From an uncultured Mycoplasmatota bacterium (GTDB lineage Bacteria > Bacillota_I > Bacilli_A > RF39 > UBA660), in assembly GCA_900545005.1 (NCBI GenBank), contig UQXO01000001.1:25602-89601 (forward strand): a stretch of 64,000 nt of DNA, read 5' to 3'. How positions within the stretch are numbered: the stretch's first letter is position 1; every line of letters starts with the position of its first letter. The position numbers and the translations under genes are program-made. Of the stretch, positions 10,412 to 19,627 are shown in pieces. The notes beneath the pieces were generated by a model. The model made no database searches, had not been told where the DNA came from, and saw only the letters and a list, made by a program, of their open reading frames with translations.

Positions 10412-12385
10412 TTATTTATCAGCTTCTTCAAGAGCAGCTTCTAACTCTTCTCTAGTCATTTTAGCATAACCTTTGATATTTTTAGATTTAGCTATTTCTT
10501 TTAATTTAACCATAGTAGGTTCACTAGTTGGTTTGGGGTCAGCCGGACACATTTTACCAGTTTCTACTAAGCATTCAATTTGTTCTTTAGTTAAAGTTTC
10601 ATTCTCAACTAAAGCATCAGCTAGGAGATGAACTAATTTTTCATTTTTCTTTAGAATTTCAACAGCTTTATCGTAACAGTCATCAACAATTTTACGAACA
10701 GCTTTATCGATTTCTAAAGCAACTTGATCAGAGAAATTTTTAGTCTTATTATAGTCTCTGCCTAAGAAAACGCCTTCTTGTTCCTCTTCTAATTGCATTG
10801 GTCCTAAATCAGACATACCATATTTAGTTACCATACTTCTGGCAATACGAGTAGCTTTTTTAAAGTCATCAGAAGCCCCAGTAGTTGTAGCATCTAAAAA
10901 TAATCTTTCAGCAGCACGACCACCCATTAAACCAATAATTTGACTTTCTAATTCTTCTTTTGTCATAATACCCATTTTTTCTTCTTTTGGAAGCATCATG
11001 GTATAACCACCAGCCATTCCTCTTGGAATGATAGTAATCTTATGAACTTCTTGAGCATCTGGTAATTTAATGCCGATAACAGCATGACCAGATTCATGAA
11101 TAGCAACAAGTCTCTTTTCTTTATCGGATATCTTACGCGAAGTTTTAGCTGGTCCCATTAGAACACGGTCAGTAGCCTCATCAATTTCATCCATTGTAAT
11201 AGCTTCTTTATTACGGCGAACAGCAAGCAAGGCAGCTTCATTTAAAAGATTTTCTAAGTCAGCGCCACTAAATCCTGGTGTCCTTAAAGATAATGCTTTA
11301 AGATTAACATCATCGCCAAAGACTTTATTGCGGGCGTGAACATTCAATATTTCCTCACGAGCCTTAGCATCAGGTAAACTAACTGTTACTTGTCTATCGA
11401 AACGACCTGGTCTTAATAAAGCAGGGTCTAAGACATCTGGGCGGTTAGTAGCCGCAATAATAATGATACCTTCATTAGCACCAAATCCATCCATCTCGGT
11501 TAATAATTGATTTAAAGTTTGCTCACGCTCATCGTGACCGCCACCGATGCCAGAACCTCTTTGACGACCAACAGCATCAATTTCATCGATGAATATTAGA
11601 CAAGGTGCTGATTGTTTAGCTTGTTTAAACATATCACGGACACGAGAAGCACCAACACCAACGAATAGTTCAACGAAATCAGAACCAGAAATATAATAGA
11701 ATGGAACATTAGCTTCCCCCGCAACAGCTTTTGCTAACAAAGTTTTACCGGTTCCGGGAGGCCCAACTAAAAGAACGCCTTTAGGAATTCTTGCTCCTAA
11801 TTTTTGAAATTTCTTAGGATTTTTTAAGAAGTCAATTAACTCAGAAACTTCTTCTTTTTCTTCATCAAGACCGGCAACATCTGTAAATCTTACTTTACCA
11901 CCATCTTCACTTAACTTAGCACGTGAACGACCAAAGTCCATTGATTTATTATTTCCTGCAGACATTTTCATAAATAAAACGTATCCACCAGCAACAATAA
12001 TAACGATTGGTAAAACATTCATAACAATATAAGGAAGTAGGCTGCTACCAGGATCCTTATTAGTATCATAAAGATTTAAATTATGACTTTCAGCATATTT
12101 AGTAACAGTATTTAGCTGTTCAGAAACAACTTTAACACTAAATGTTTCTTTATCACTATACCCTTCAATTTTACCAGTAATATAGTAGATAGACTCATCA
12201 CTTTTAGGAGTTATTGTCATCTCCGTTACTTTATTTTCATTTATATATTTTAAAAATTCACCTGTTTTTAATTCATGAACTTTTGTTGCACTGCCACTAT
12301 ATAAGAATAACATCGCAGCAATGATAACAAAAAGAACTAAGTAAGGCGTAAATTGTTTGATTGCATTTTGTCTTTTTTTATTCAT
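10412..12385 (-). CDS. ftsH: ATP-dependent zinc metalloprotease FtsH
   Basis: 2 TM, AAA Walker [17 protein letters not shown] zinc site (HESGHAV); AAGGAG RBS embedded in the tilS 3' end. Confidence 0.95.
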   Translation of the reverse strand: MNKKRQNAIKQFTPYLVLFVIIAAMLFLYSGSATKVHELKTGEFLKYINENKVTEMTITPKSDESIYYITGKIEGYSDKETFSVKVVSEQLNTVTKYAESHNLNLYDTNKDPGSSLLPYIVMNVLPIVIIVAGGYVLFMKMSAGNNKSMDFGRSRAKLSEDGGKVRFTDVAGLDEEKEEVSELIDFLKNPKKFQKLGARIPKGVLLVGPPGTGKTLLAKAVAGEANVPFYYISGSDFVELFVGVGASRVRDMFKQAKQSAPCLIFIDEIDAVGRQRGSGIGGGHDEREQTLNQLLTEMDGFGANEGIIIIAATNRPDVLDPALLRPGRFDRQVTVSLPDAKAREEILNVHARNKVFGDDVNLKALSLRTPGFSGADLENLLNEAALLAVRRNKEAITMDEIDEATDRVLMGPAKTSRKISDKEKRLVAIHESGHAVIGIKLPDAQEVHKITIIPRGMAGGYTMMLPKEEKMGIMTKEELESQIIGLMGGRAAERLFLDATTTGASDDFKKATRIARSMVTKYGMSDLGPMQLEEEQEGVFLGRDYNKTKNFSDQVALEIDKAVRKIVDDCYDKAVEILKKNEKLVHLLADALVENETLTKEQIECLVETGKMCPADPKPTSEPTMVKLKEIAKSKNIKGYAKMTREELEAALEEADK

Positions 12386-12387
12386 AT

Positions 12388-13719
12388 TTATTCTCCTTCT
12401 TTTGCAAACACAAGTATTATATCATACTTTTCGTTATTTTCTTTATCAAATTTTGATTTTTTTAGACCAGGAACCCAAATTACTTCTCCAGTTGCATCTT
12501 TTAACAGAAGCCAGCTATCTCTTTTATCTTTGGGTATTTTCATATCAATGAATATTTCTTTTACTTTTTTAGTACCAATCATATTCTTTACAGATATTTT
12601 ATCACCAGGAAGTCTAGTTGCTACATATAAAGGAAGCGTTAATTCCTTAGAATTTAATCTTATTGTATAGTTAGAATGATCATTGCTGTCTTCTACTTCT
12701 TTAATAGTTTGATGATTATAATTATTTATTTTTTTTAACTCTTTAAATACTGGTACATAAGTTGAACTATTATTAGCAACTGAAAAGATTAAGCCATCGT
12801 AATTACGTGTCACATGATATTCTCCTGGTAAGTTTAAAACTTCATTAGGATTATTTCTTTCCATAAGTCCCATAATAGCCTTGGTCTGATTATTACTTAT
12901 CTTATCAATATCGTCTTGATATAAATCCTTTAAAATAGACTCTATAACTCTCTTTTGAATCACCTTATCTTGTTTTAAAATATGCGGTATCAGCAACCTA
13001 TTATTATTATATACTTCTTTTTTTATTTCATTAGTAAACTTCTGTAAAAATTTGTCGGTTGCTAGTAGTTCTTCACTATACTCTAAATATTTTAAATGGA
13101 CTTTAGGGTTTTCTTTTTTTAAAAGAGGTAAAACATCCATTCGCAAGCGGTTACGAAAGTGTTTATCAGAAAAATTTGTATTATCAATGTAATATGGAAT
13201 ATGTTCTTCTTCGAGATAATTTAGAATTTCGGCTTTTGAGTAGAAAAGTAAAGGTCTAACTAGTTTATAAGTCTCATAATCACTTACTAATTCGATACCA
13301 GCGTAGCCTTTTAAGTTGGAACCTCTTATCTCTCGCATTAAAATCGTTTCGATTAAGTCATCACCATGATGAGCGGTCATAAGATATTGAGCCTGATACT
13401 TAGAAACCAACTTTTGAAAAAAATGATATCTTGCTTGATGTGCCTTGGCTTCAAAGTTACCAGTTATGGCTGGAAGATGATAGACTTCGCAGATTAAGCT
13501 ATGCTGATGACAATAATCTTTAATAAAATTTTCTTCTTCAGTTGACTCTTTACGAACTTGATGATTAATGTGAGCAACAATAATTTTTAAAGATAAAATA
13601 CTCTGTAATTTTTCTAAAAGAGTTAATAAACACATAGAATCAGGACCGGTGGATACACCAATTACAATGGTATCGTTTGGTCTTAAAAAAGTTTTTAGAT
13701 AAGATAAAGCTTTATCCAT
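12388..13719 (-). CDS. tilS: tRNA(Ile)-lysidine synthetase
   Basis: PP-loop SxGxDS (GVSTGPDSM) at N-terminus; 443 aa; immediately upstream of ftsH as in Bacillus. Confidence 0.85.
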   Translation of the reverse strand: MDKALSYLKTFLRPNDTIVIGVSTGPDSMCLLTLLEKLQSILSLKIIVAHINHQVRKESTEEENFIKDYCHQHSLICEVYHLPAITGNFEAKAHQARYHFFQKLVSKYQAQYLMTAHHGDDLIETILMREIRGSNLKGYAGIELVSDYETYKLVRPLLFYSKAEILNYLEEEHIPYYIDNTNFSDKHFRNRLRMDVLPLLKKENPKVHLKYLEYSEELLATDKFLQKFTNEIKKEVYNNNRLLIPHILKQDKVIQKRVIESILKDLYQDDIDKISNNQTKAIMGLMERNNPNEVLNLPGEYHVTRNYDGLIFSVANNSSTYVPVFKELKKINNYNHQTIKEVEDSNDHSNYTIRLNSKELTLPLYVATRLPGDKISVKNMIGTKKVKEIFIDMKIPKDKRDSWLLLKDATGEVIWVPGLKKSKFDKENNEKYDIILVFAKEGE

Positions 13720-13953
13720 TAAATCACCTACAGGTATAATACACTAAAAGGATTTGAATAGCAATATGTCTTTGCATGAATTTTTTACTTGTATTATTTA
13801 TTATGATAGCTATAATATTCTTAAAGATATAATAAGTCATATGAATCTTTTCATTATTTATATAAGTTTTTTTGCTGAAATTTTTTAATCTTAGAGAACT
13901 TTTTATAGTCAGATAGAGAGTTTTATTGTATAATCTTAGTAACGAGGGAATTT

Positions 13954-14592
13954 ATGAAAATAGAAATTAAATCTTATGCTAATAATAGCTCACTAGTGAG
14001 TGCGGTTTTGTTCTTTATACTAGGAGCAATTATGTTTACTAATCCTGATACTATGGTAATTGCGGTATCAAAAATATTTGGAGGAATTTTAATTCTTTTT
14101 GGACTTTATTCTTGTATTAAGAATTATATTTTGGTCAAAGAAGATGGCAATACTTCATCATTACCGATGATTATGGGGCTTACGTCGGTTGCTTTCGGAA
14201 CTGTATTCTTCTTTGCGGCGGGCTTTGTAGAAGCTTTATTTCGTTTCATAATTGGTGGTTGGATTTTGATTAGCGGAATCATGAGATTTGCGAATGCGAT
14301 GGAAATGAATAAGAAAGATACTTCAAAATTTATTAGTCTTTTGATTATTGCGTTGTTATTAGTTCTGGCTGGACTTTATACTATTTTGGAAGCTAATCTA
14401 GCATTCCAAACGATAGGAATTGTCTTAATGGTTTATGCTGCTTTAGAAATATTTGGCTGGCTAACCAATCGCAGAGTAACAAAAGAAAGTGTTAGTAAAG
14501 AAGAAAAAAAGAAGAAACGAGACAAAAAAGAAGTAGTAGAGGCTGTTGTTATCGAGGATAAAACTGAAAAAAAGAATTCTAAATCAAAATAA
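13954..14592 (+). CDS. DUF308/HdeD-like membrane protein with Lys-rich C-terminal tail
   Basis: six hydrophobic segments in HdeD-like spacing; KEEKKKKRDKKE tail. Confidence 0.35.
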   Translation: MKIEIKSYANNSSLVSAVLFFILGAIMFTNPDTMVIAVSKIFGGILILFGLYSCIKNYILVKEDGNTSSLPMIMGLTSVAFGTVFFFAAGFVEALFRFIIGGWILISGIMRFANAMEMNKKDTSKFISLLIIALLLVLAGLYTILEANLAFQTIGIVLMVYAALEIFGWLTNRRVTKESVSKEEKKKKRDKKEVVEAVVIEDKTEKKNSKSK

Positions 14593-14594
14593 CT

Positions 14595-15041
14595 TTAAGA
14601 ATTCTTTTTTAATGCATTTAAGTTTAAAATAATAAGAACAGTCAAGTAAATTAAACAAATAATAACAATACTGTAATACATAATGACACTTTGAGACGAA
14701 AAGATTTTAATAGCCTTTCCCCGAATGTCGGCATTACTAATTGGATTGTATTCATTATCAGTATTATCCTTAATATAAGTTAAATACTCGCTACGTGATT
14801 TTACTTTAGCAATCGAATACTTATTTTCAATATTATATATTATAATGTCATTTTCTTGATAGTTATCCTGTTTCTGATATAATACTAAGTCGTTATTATT
14901 TATAAGAGGTGTTAGTTCGTTGGTTGCGCTTTTAACAAAATGAAGACCTGCAAAATGGACATTTACTAAGAAAAGACCAACGATGTTGATAATAAGAAAA
15001 ATGGCGACTAAAGTATTAATCATTTTGATAATTATTTTCAT
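14595..15041 (-). CDS. hypothetical membrane protein, possibly degenerate signal-peptidase-I (S26)-like
   Basis: N- and C-terminal TM helices; SATNELTPL...NDLVLY segment loosely resembles the SGSMEPTL...GDLVL box. Confidence 0.3.
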   Translation of the reverse strand: MKIIIKMINTLVAIFLIINIVGLFLVNVHFAGLHFVKSATNELTPLINNNDLVLYQKQDNYQENDIIIYNIENKYSIAKVKSRSEYLTYIKDNTDNEYNPISNADIRGKAIKIFSSQSVIMYYSIVIICLIYLTVLIILNLNALKKNS

Positions 15042-15042
15042 T

Positions 15043-15369
15043 TTAACCCTTGATTTCTTCTAATTTAGATTCTAATTTTTTTAAATAATTGATGAGATTG
15101 TTCAAGTCTTCTTTAGTAGAATATTCTTTATTATTAAGGCTATGATTATTAGCCCCACTTTTAATACGATTTCCATTATTATTTTGGTAACGTCCATTGA
15201 TAAGTTGTTGTTGGGCAGCTGTTGTTAGCATGAACTGACCGACTAAAATAATCCAGTTACCAATAGAGTTTAATTCGTTGGCTGTATAATCACCTTCAAC
15301 AATGAGACCAGTTATAGCACCAAGAATAGAAAATAATTCAGGATTGATATTAGGAGGAAAATTTTGCAT
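15043..15369 (-). CDS. hypothetical protein (1-nt spacing to upstream gene, likely co-transcribed)
   Basis: 108 aa; hydrophobic N-terminal half, Asn/Gln-rich middle, coiled-coil C-terminus. Confidence 0.3.
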   Translation of the reverse strand: MQNFPPNINPELFSILGAITGLIVEGDYTANELNSIGNWIILVGQFMLTTAAQQQLINGRYQNNNGNRIKSGANNHSLNNKEYSTKEDLNNLINYLKKLESKLEEIKG

Positions 15370-15546
15370 ACAATACCTCCTTTAAAATGTTATAGTCTAA
15401 TAAATAATATGCCAAAAAGAAAAATATGTTAATAGAGAAGAAATCTTATCCTTTCTAATTTTATTTTAATTTATTTACGAAAAAATAGCAATATGATACA
15501 ATATAATTTATCAAAAGAAAGGACCACCTTTGGTGGAGATTAATTA

Positions 15547-15846
15547 ATGAAGAAAAAATTATTATTGAAGATAAAAAGATGGATATTAACGTTAAGAAAA
15601 GTTTATAGTTCTAAGAAAGATTTAATTACAGACTTTATTCATACAGAAAATTTTGATGGAATGATGCAAAATCCAATCTGGGAACAAGGAATGAATTATT
15701 TTAATACTAAAGATATTAATGATATTAAGTTAGCAGTTTTGGATGTTAATAAAGAATTATATACAATAGATGAATATAAACTACACTTGAATTATATTCA
15801 AAAAAGTAAAAAAAGAAAATTAGTGAAAGAAAATTGCCAATATTAA
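15547..15846 (+). CDS. hypothetical protein
   Basis: 99 aa basic protein; ORF only. Confidence 0.3.
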   Translation: MKKKLLLKIKRWILTLRKVYSSKKDLITDFIHTENFDGMMQNPIWEQGMNYFNTKDINDIKLAVLDVNKELYTIDEYKLHLNYIQKSKKRKLVKENCQY

Positions 15847-15899
15847 AATAATTATGGTATAATACTTTAGAAATTTGTGTTGTTTGTGAGGTGAAAAGA

Positions 15900-16046
15900 A
15901 TGAAAGTATATAAGAAAAATTTACCAGAAGGTGTAAAAAAATGCTTTGCTTATGAAAAAGGTGTTAAAGTAAAACTAATTAACAAATTATATTTAGATGA
16001 GAAAAAAAGAAATAAAAAAATCGAAAATTCTAAAAAAGCTAACTAA
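15900..16046 (+). CDS. hypothetical small basic protein (48 aa), not in supplied ORF track
   Basis: ATG 15900 preceded by GAGGTG RBS and TGnTATAAT extended -10 (15856..15863); followed directly by terminator. Confidence 0.35.
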   Translation: MKVYKKNLPEGVKKCFAYEKGVKVKLINKLYLDEKKRNKKIENSKKAN

Positions 16047-16068
16047 GAGTCGAAAGGCTCTTTTTTTC
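16046..16068 (+). terminator. rho-independent terminator (GAAA tetraloop hairpin + T7)
   Basis: AGAGTC-GAAA-GGCTCT then TTTTTTT. Confidence 0.55.
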
Positions 16069-16202
16069 GTATAAAAAATGCAATAACCATAAGTTACGCA
16101 TTGTATATTAAACCAGGATGACCACCAATTAAAAATATATTAGAATTTAAATCCTTTTTAGGAATTGTTTTATAATAAACAATATTCTCTTCACTTATTA
16201 CT

Positions 16203-16436
16203 TTAACAGCCACCGTTTACCACCTTATATTCTTTGATTGCCTCTACATTTTTAGCTTGCAAACCCTTAGGAGTCTCAACTAAATTAAAGCTTACATGAT
16301 CACCTTCTTTTAATGTTTTGTAACCATCCATAATGATTTGAGTATAGTGAACAAAAATATCTTCCTTTTCATTTTTATTATTCTCCAAAAATCCAAAACC
16401 CTTCTCATTGTTAAACCATTTTACTTTACTTTCCAT
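16203..16436 (-). CDS. cold-shock protein, CspA family (C-terminally extended)
   Basis: KWFNNEKGFGFL (RNP1) and DIFVHYTQI (RNP2); start corrected to ATG 16436 with AAGGGAGAG RBS. Confidence 0.85.
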   Translation of the reverse strand: MESKVKWFNNEKGFGFLENNKNEKEDIFVHYTQIIMDGYKTLKEGDHVSFNLVETPKGLQAKNVEAIKEYKVVNGGC

Positions 16437-16575
16437 ATTTACTCTCCCTTCGTTTAACATACTTATATTATGACACATTTTTTAATGCAAAAACTGTAAA
16501 GAAACTGTAATAAAACTGTAATAAAATAAAAGTGAATTTTGACCACTAAAATAGAAAAAAGCCCAGAAATATGGG

Positions 16576-16827
16576 CTAAACTTCTTCTTTAAAGAACTCT
16601 CCGACATCTTTTTCAAGAACTACTGATATTCGATACAAAGTTTCAATTGAAAATCCTCTTGCTCCGTGTTCTGATTCTATTCTTCTTAAGAATTCAAAAG
16701 AACGGTCAGTATAAACAGCTAATTGTTCTTGAGTATAACCTTTTTCAATGCGATACTTACGAATATTTTTAGCTATTGTTGCCTTAATATTCTTATTAAA
16801 TTTAAAATTTTTATCATTTATTGTCAT
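16576..16827 (-). CDS. XRE-family HTH transcriptional regulator
   Basis: IAKNIRKYRIEKGYTQEQLA HTH; start set to ATG 16827 six nt after AGGTGG RBS. Confidence 0.65.
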   Translation of the reverse strand: MTINDKNFKFNKNIKATIAKNIRKYRIEKGYTQEQLAVYTDRSFEFLRRIESEHGARGFSIETLYRISVVLEKDVGEFFKEEV

Positions 16828-17012
16828 TTCCATCCACCTATTAATAATTTTCCCATTTTTCAAAAAATTAGTATGTAGTCAGATATGGCCACTTTATATA
16901 AAAAATTGCGAAATTATGTGATATAATTTACTTAAGAAAGAAAAAAACGCGTATAAAGTACCAATTATTGTTAAAAATAGTAATATCTTTAACAAACTTT
17001 TGGGAGGTTAAA

Positions 17013-17333
17013 ATGGAAAATAAAGAAAAAAGAATTGGAAAAGAAGTAAATAAAACAGGCAACTCATTTGATACATTAGATCTATATATAAAGAAAAATG
17101 TCACTGAGTTAAAAAATATTACTTATCTAACAATGAGGTTATACGAAAAACAATGTATAGTTTTAAAAAGACAAATTAATAATTTAAGGAGAATAAAACC
17201 ACGAGTAGAATATAAAGATGCTTATTTAAAATGGCAAAAAGAGTTAAATATTTTGGAAGAACGATATGAAAAGGCATTTGATAAATATTTAGATGAAAAA
17301 AAAGAACTTGATAATGTATCAAGACTTTATTGA
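17013..17333 (+). CDS. hypothetical coiled-coil protein
   Basis: GGAGG RBS 5 nt upstream of ATG 17013; 106 aa. Confidence 0.35.
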   Translation: MENKEKRIGKEVNKTGNSFDTLDLYIKKNVTELKNITYLTMRLYEKQCIVLKRQINNLRRIKPRVEYKDAYLKWQKELNILEERYEKAFDKYLDEKKELDNVSRLY

Positions 17334-17723
17334 AGTATTAAGCATCAATTTTATTGTGCGATTATAAGCATTAGAAATACTTTTATTAGTACTTTCGAAT
17401 TTTTTATATAAATTTTCATAATCTAATGGATACCCATCATTATCGACAATTCTATTCTTTAATTTAACAATTTCTTTTAATTTACGACTTACTTGATGTT
17501 GTAATTCTGGATTAGTGCGTGCCAAAGTGGCTTGTTGAGAAAAAATAATAAATAAACTGTTATATAAATTATAAAGTCGCCTTAAATCATAACGAAGTAG
17601 TTCTTCCTCTTTTTTAGTGCTATCAATTATCATTATGATGTGATTCATAAAGTAACGGACATTAACTTCTGGATCTTCACGATCGCCATAATATGAATAG
17701 TCTATATCTTGAAAGTATGACAT
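17319..17723 (-). CDS. hypothetical protein
   Basis: 134 aa ORF convergent with previous; no recognisable motif. Confidence 0.3.
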   Translation of the reverse strand: MSYFQDIDYSYYGDREDPEVNVRYFMNHIIMIIDSTKKEEELLRYDLRRLYNLYNSLFIIFSQQATLARTNPELQHQVSRKLKEIVKLKNRIVDNDGYPLDYENLYKKFESTNKSISNAYNRTIKLMLNTSIKS

Positions 17724-17952
17724 ATTATCCCCTCTTTCATTTGGACAGTTATTATAGTATAAAAATTTATAAATTGCAAATTTTTTTGCTTAACTTTTTA
17801 TTTAGCGCTTTGAACCATTATATTAACCTTCTGATAACAACTTATAATATTTTAAAAAAACTGCTAACAGATTAAATATGTTAACAGTCTAAATTCAGTT
17901 ATATTATTAGCTTATTATTTAAAGTTTGATAAAAATCAAACGCAATTACGCT

Positions 17953-17999
17953 TGGCATGGACAGAAGGATTTTAACCCTCGCGAGCGGTTTTGGAGAGA
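17953..17999 (-). pseudogene. degenerate copy of the 3' half of tRNA-Trp (anticodon loop to CCA)
   Basis: 44/47 identity to 18779..18825; no matching 5' acceptor strand; T-loop C56 mutated. Confidence 0.6.
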
Positions 18000-18141
18000 T
18001 TAGCCACATTAGTTAAAATCTGGCTTTTTTGTAATAATTCATGGCATTTCTAAAAGTGACACAAAAAAATAACTTTAAGTAGTTTTTATTAAACAACTAA
18101 ACAACGAAAAAAGAAGCATATCATAGGCTCCTTACTTAATT

Positions 18142-18501
18142 TTAATATCCTATGGTGTACTCGTTATACCATAAATGTTTTTCTATCGTATAAGAAATCT
18201 GACGCCCGTTATTGTTAGAATTATAATTATCCACAATTTTTTGAAGTTTAGCATTTAAGGAGTCGTAATTTTCATGAGTTCTAAATCTATGACCAATCAT
18301 ACAACAAGTATTTACAAAGCAACTATTCTCAGGAATATCAATTTTAAAGCCATCACTATACTCATAATGACTTAGATTGTAAGCCGTTTGGCACTTTTCT
18401 CCTAAACTATTTTTAGGATTGTAGACAAAAAAGTAAAAAACAACGGCTAATATGGCAGGAGTAACACAGACAATTAAAATTATCTTTTGTTTTTTGTTCA
18501 T
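18142..18501 (-). CDS. hypothetical membrane-anchored/secreted Cys-containing small protein
   Basis: 119 aa; N-terminal TM/signal anchor; lies between tRNA-Trp and its partial copy. Confidence 0.35.
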   Translation of the reverse strand: MNKKQKIILIVCVTPAILAVVFYFFVYNPKNSLGEKCQTAYNLSHYEYSDGFKIDIPENSCFVNTCCMIGHRFRTHENYDSLNAKLQKIVDNYNSNNNGRQISYTIEKHLWYNEYTIGY

Positions 18502-18778
18502 CGGTTAAAATCCCTTTCTTGGCGTTATTATATCATATTCTTGTTTAATGAAGTAAAAAGTTGGAAACATCATTACTTATTATCATATTTAGAAATATTA
18601 TTTTTAATTTAATTGAATACACTAGGGCTTTAATTATTTTAGTAGTAATGAAGTAGTTAAAATACCATATAATTTTTTATCCAAAATTCTTTAATAAAGT
18701 ATTAAAAAAATACATCTAATTTTTTATATAAATTAAATGTATTTCATATAAGACTCCTACATAGAGTTAATTTTTATT

Positions 18779-18852
18779 TGGCAGGGACAGAAGGATTTGA
18801 ACCCTCGCGAACGGTTTTGGAGACCGTCATACTACCACTATATTATGTCCCT
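18779..18852 (-). tRNA. tRNA-Trp (anticodon CCA)
   Basis: 74 nt cloverleaf folded by hand: acceptor AGGGACA/TGTCCCT, D-loop AGTGGTA, anticodon stem ACGGT/ACCGT loop CTCCAAA, T-loop TTCAAAT, encoded CCA. Confidence 0.85.
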
Positions 18853-18920
18853 AATTTTTCCTTTGCTCTTCCATTATAATACATAATATATTATTTTAGC
18901 AAGGAAAAATTGCTTTTTGC

Positions 18921-18948
18921 CTGTGGATAAGTCGCTAGTTATCCACAG
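18921..18948. promoter_or_regulatory. perfect inverted pair of consensus DnaA boxes (CTGTGGATAA-N8-TTATCCACAG)
   Basis: TTATCCACA consensus on both strands; overlaps stop codon of 18935..19558 gene. Confidence 0.5.
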
Positions 18949-19558
18949 ATTTCAGCCATTTGTTAAGTTTATTCATTGGAATGGTTATTTTAATACTGCC
19001 ACTAGCCCAAGGTGCTACTTGATATGGTGGGAAAGTCAAATGTAAACCTTCTTTATCAAAATAATATAAAGAGAAGTTTTCTAACATTGGTTTAGTCCCT
19101 TCCTTTAACCAATTTTTATCTTCATTAGCGCCTATTTTTATTAATTCTTCATAACTTAGTTTAGAAAGTATTTCTAAGTAATTATCATTATTAAAGAAAT
19201 CTTTTAATTCTAAAATTTCACCACTCTTATTATAAGTAAATTGGTTATTTATTTGAAAATAATGAACGCCACCAGTATAACTAGAAATAGTATATTGTAA
19301 AAAATATATACCATTATATTCATGTAATTCATAATCAGTATAAAAGTCATTTTTAATGTCATTATAGTTTTCATACTGTTTAAATTCTTCTAACTTTTCA
19401 TCTAACCAATCTTTAATCTTTTTATTAACATGAAAAAAAGGCGTTTCATAAATATCTATTTTATAGGTATATTTATCCGTACTTTCTTTTACTTCATAAG
19501 CAAAAACATGATTAGTCAAAATAAGAGATGATAGTATAAATATAAATAATAATTTCAT
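18935..19558 (-). CDS. secreted DUF3298/DUF4163-domain protein
   Basis: signal peptide; C-terminal YQVAPWASGSIKITIP resembles DUF3298 (RsiV-C-like). Confidence 0.45.
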   Translation of the reverse strand: MKLLFIFILSSLILTNHVFAYEVKESTDKYTYKIDIYETPFFHVNKKIKDWLDEKLEEFKQYENYNDIKNDFYTDYELHEYNGIYFLQYTISSYTGGVHYFQINNQFTYNKSGEILELKDFFNNDNYLEILSKLSYEELIKIGANEDKNWLKEGTKPMLENFSLYYFDKEGLHLTFPPYQVAPWASGSIKITIPMNKLNKWLKSVDN

Positions 19559-19627
19559 ATAATCACCATTTATAGGATAACCAAAAAAGTAGAGATTATA
19601 CTCTACTCTAGTTACAATATATTTTTA

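Noticed and set aside
18921-18948. Chromosomal replication origin (oriC) call from the DnaA-box pair
   Set aside because: Only one palindromic pair, no AT-rich DUE with clustered boxes, no dnaA/dnaN nearby; kept as a finding, not as oriC
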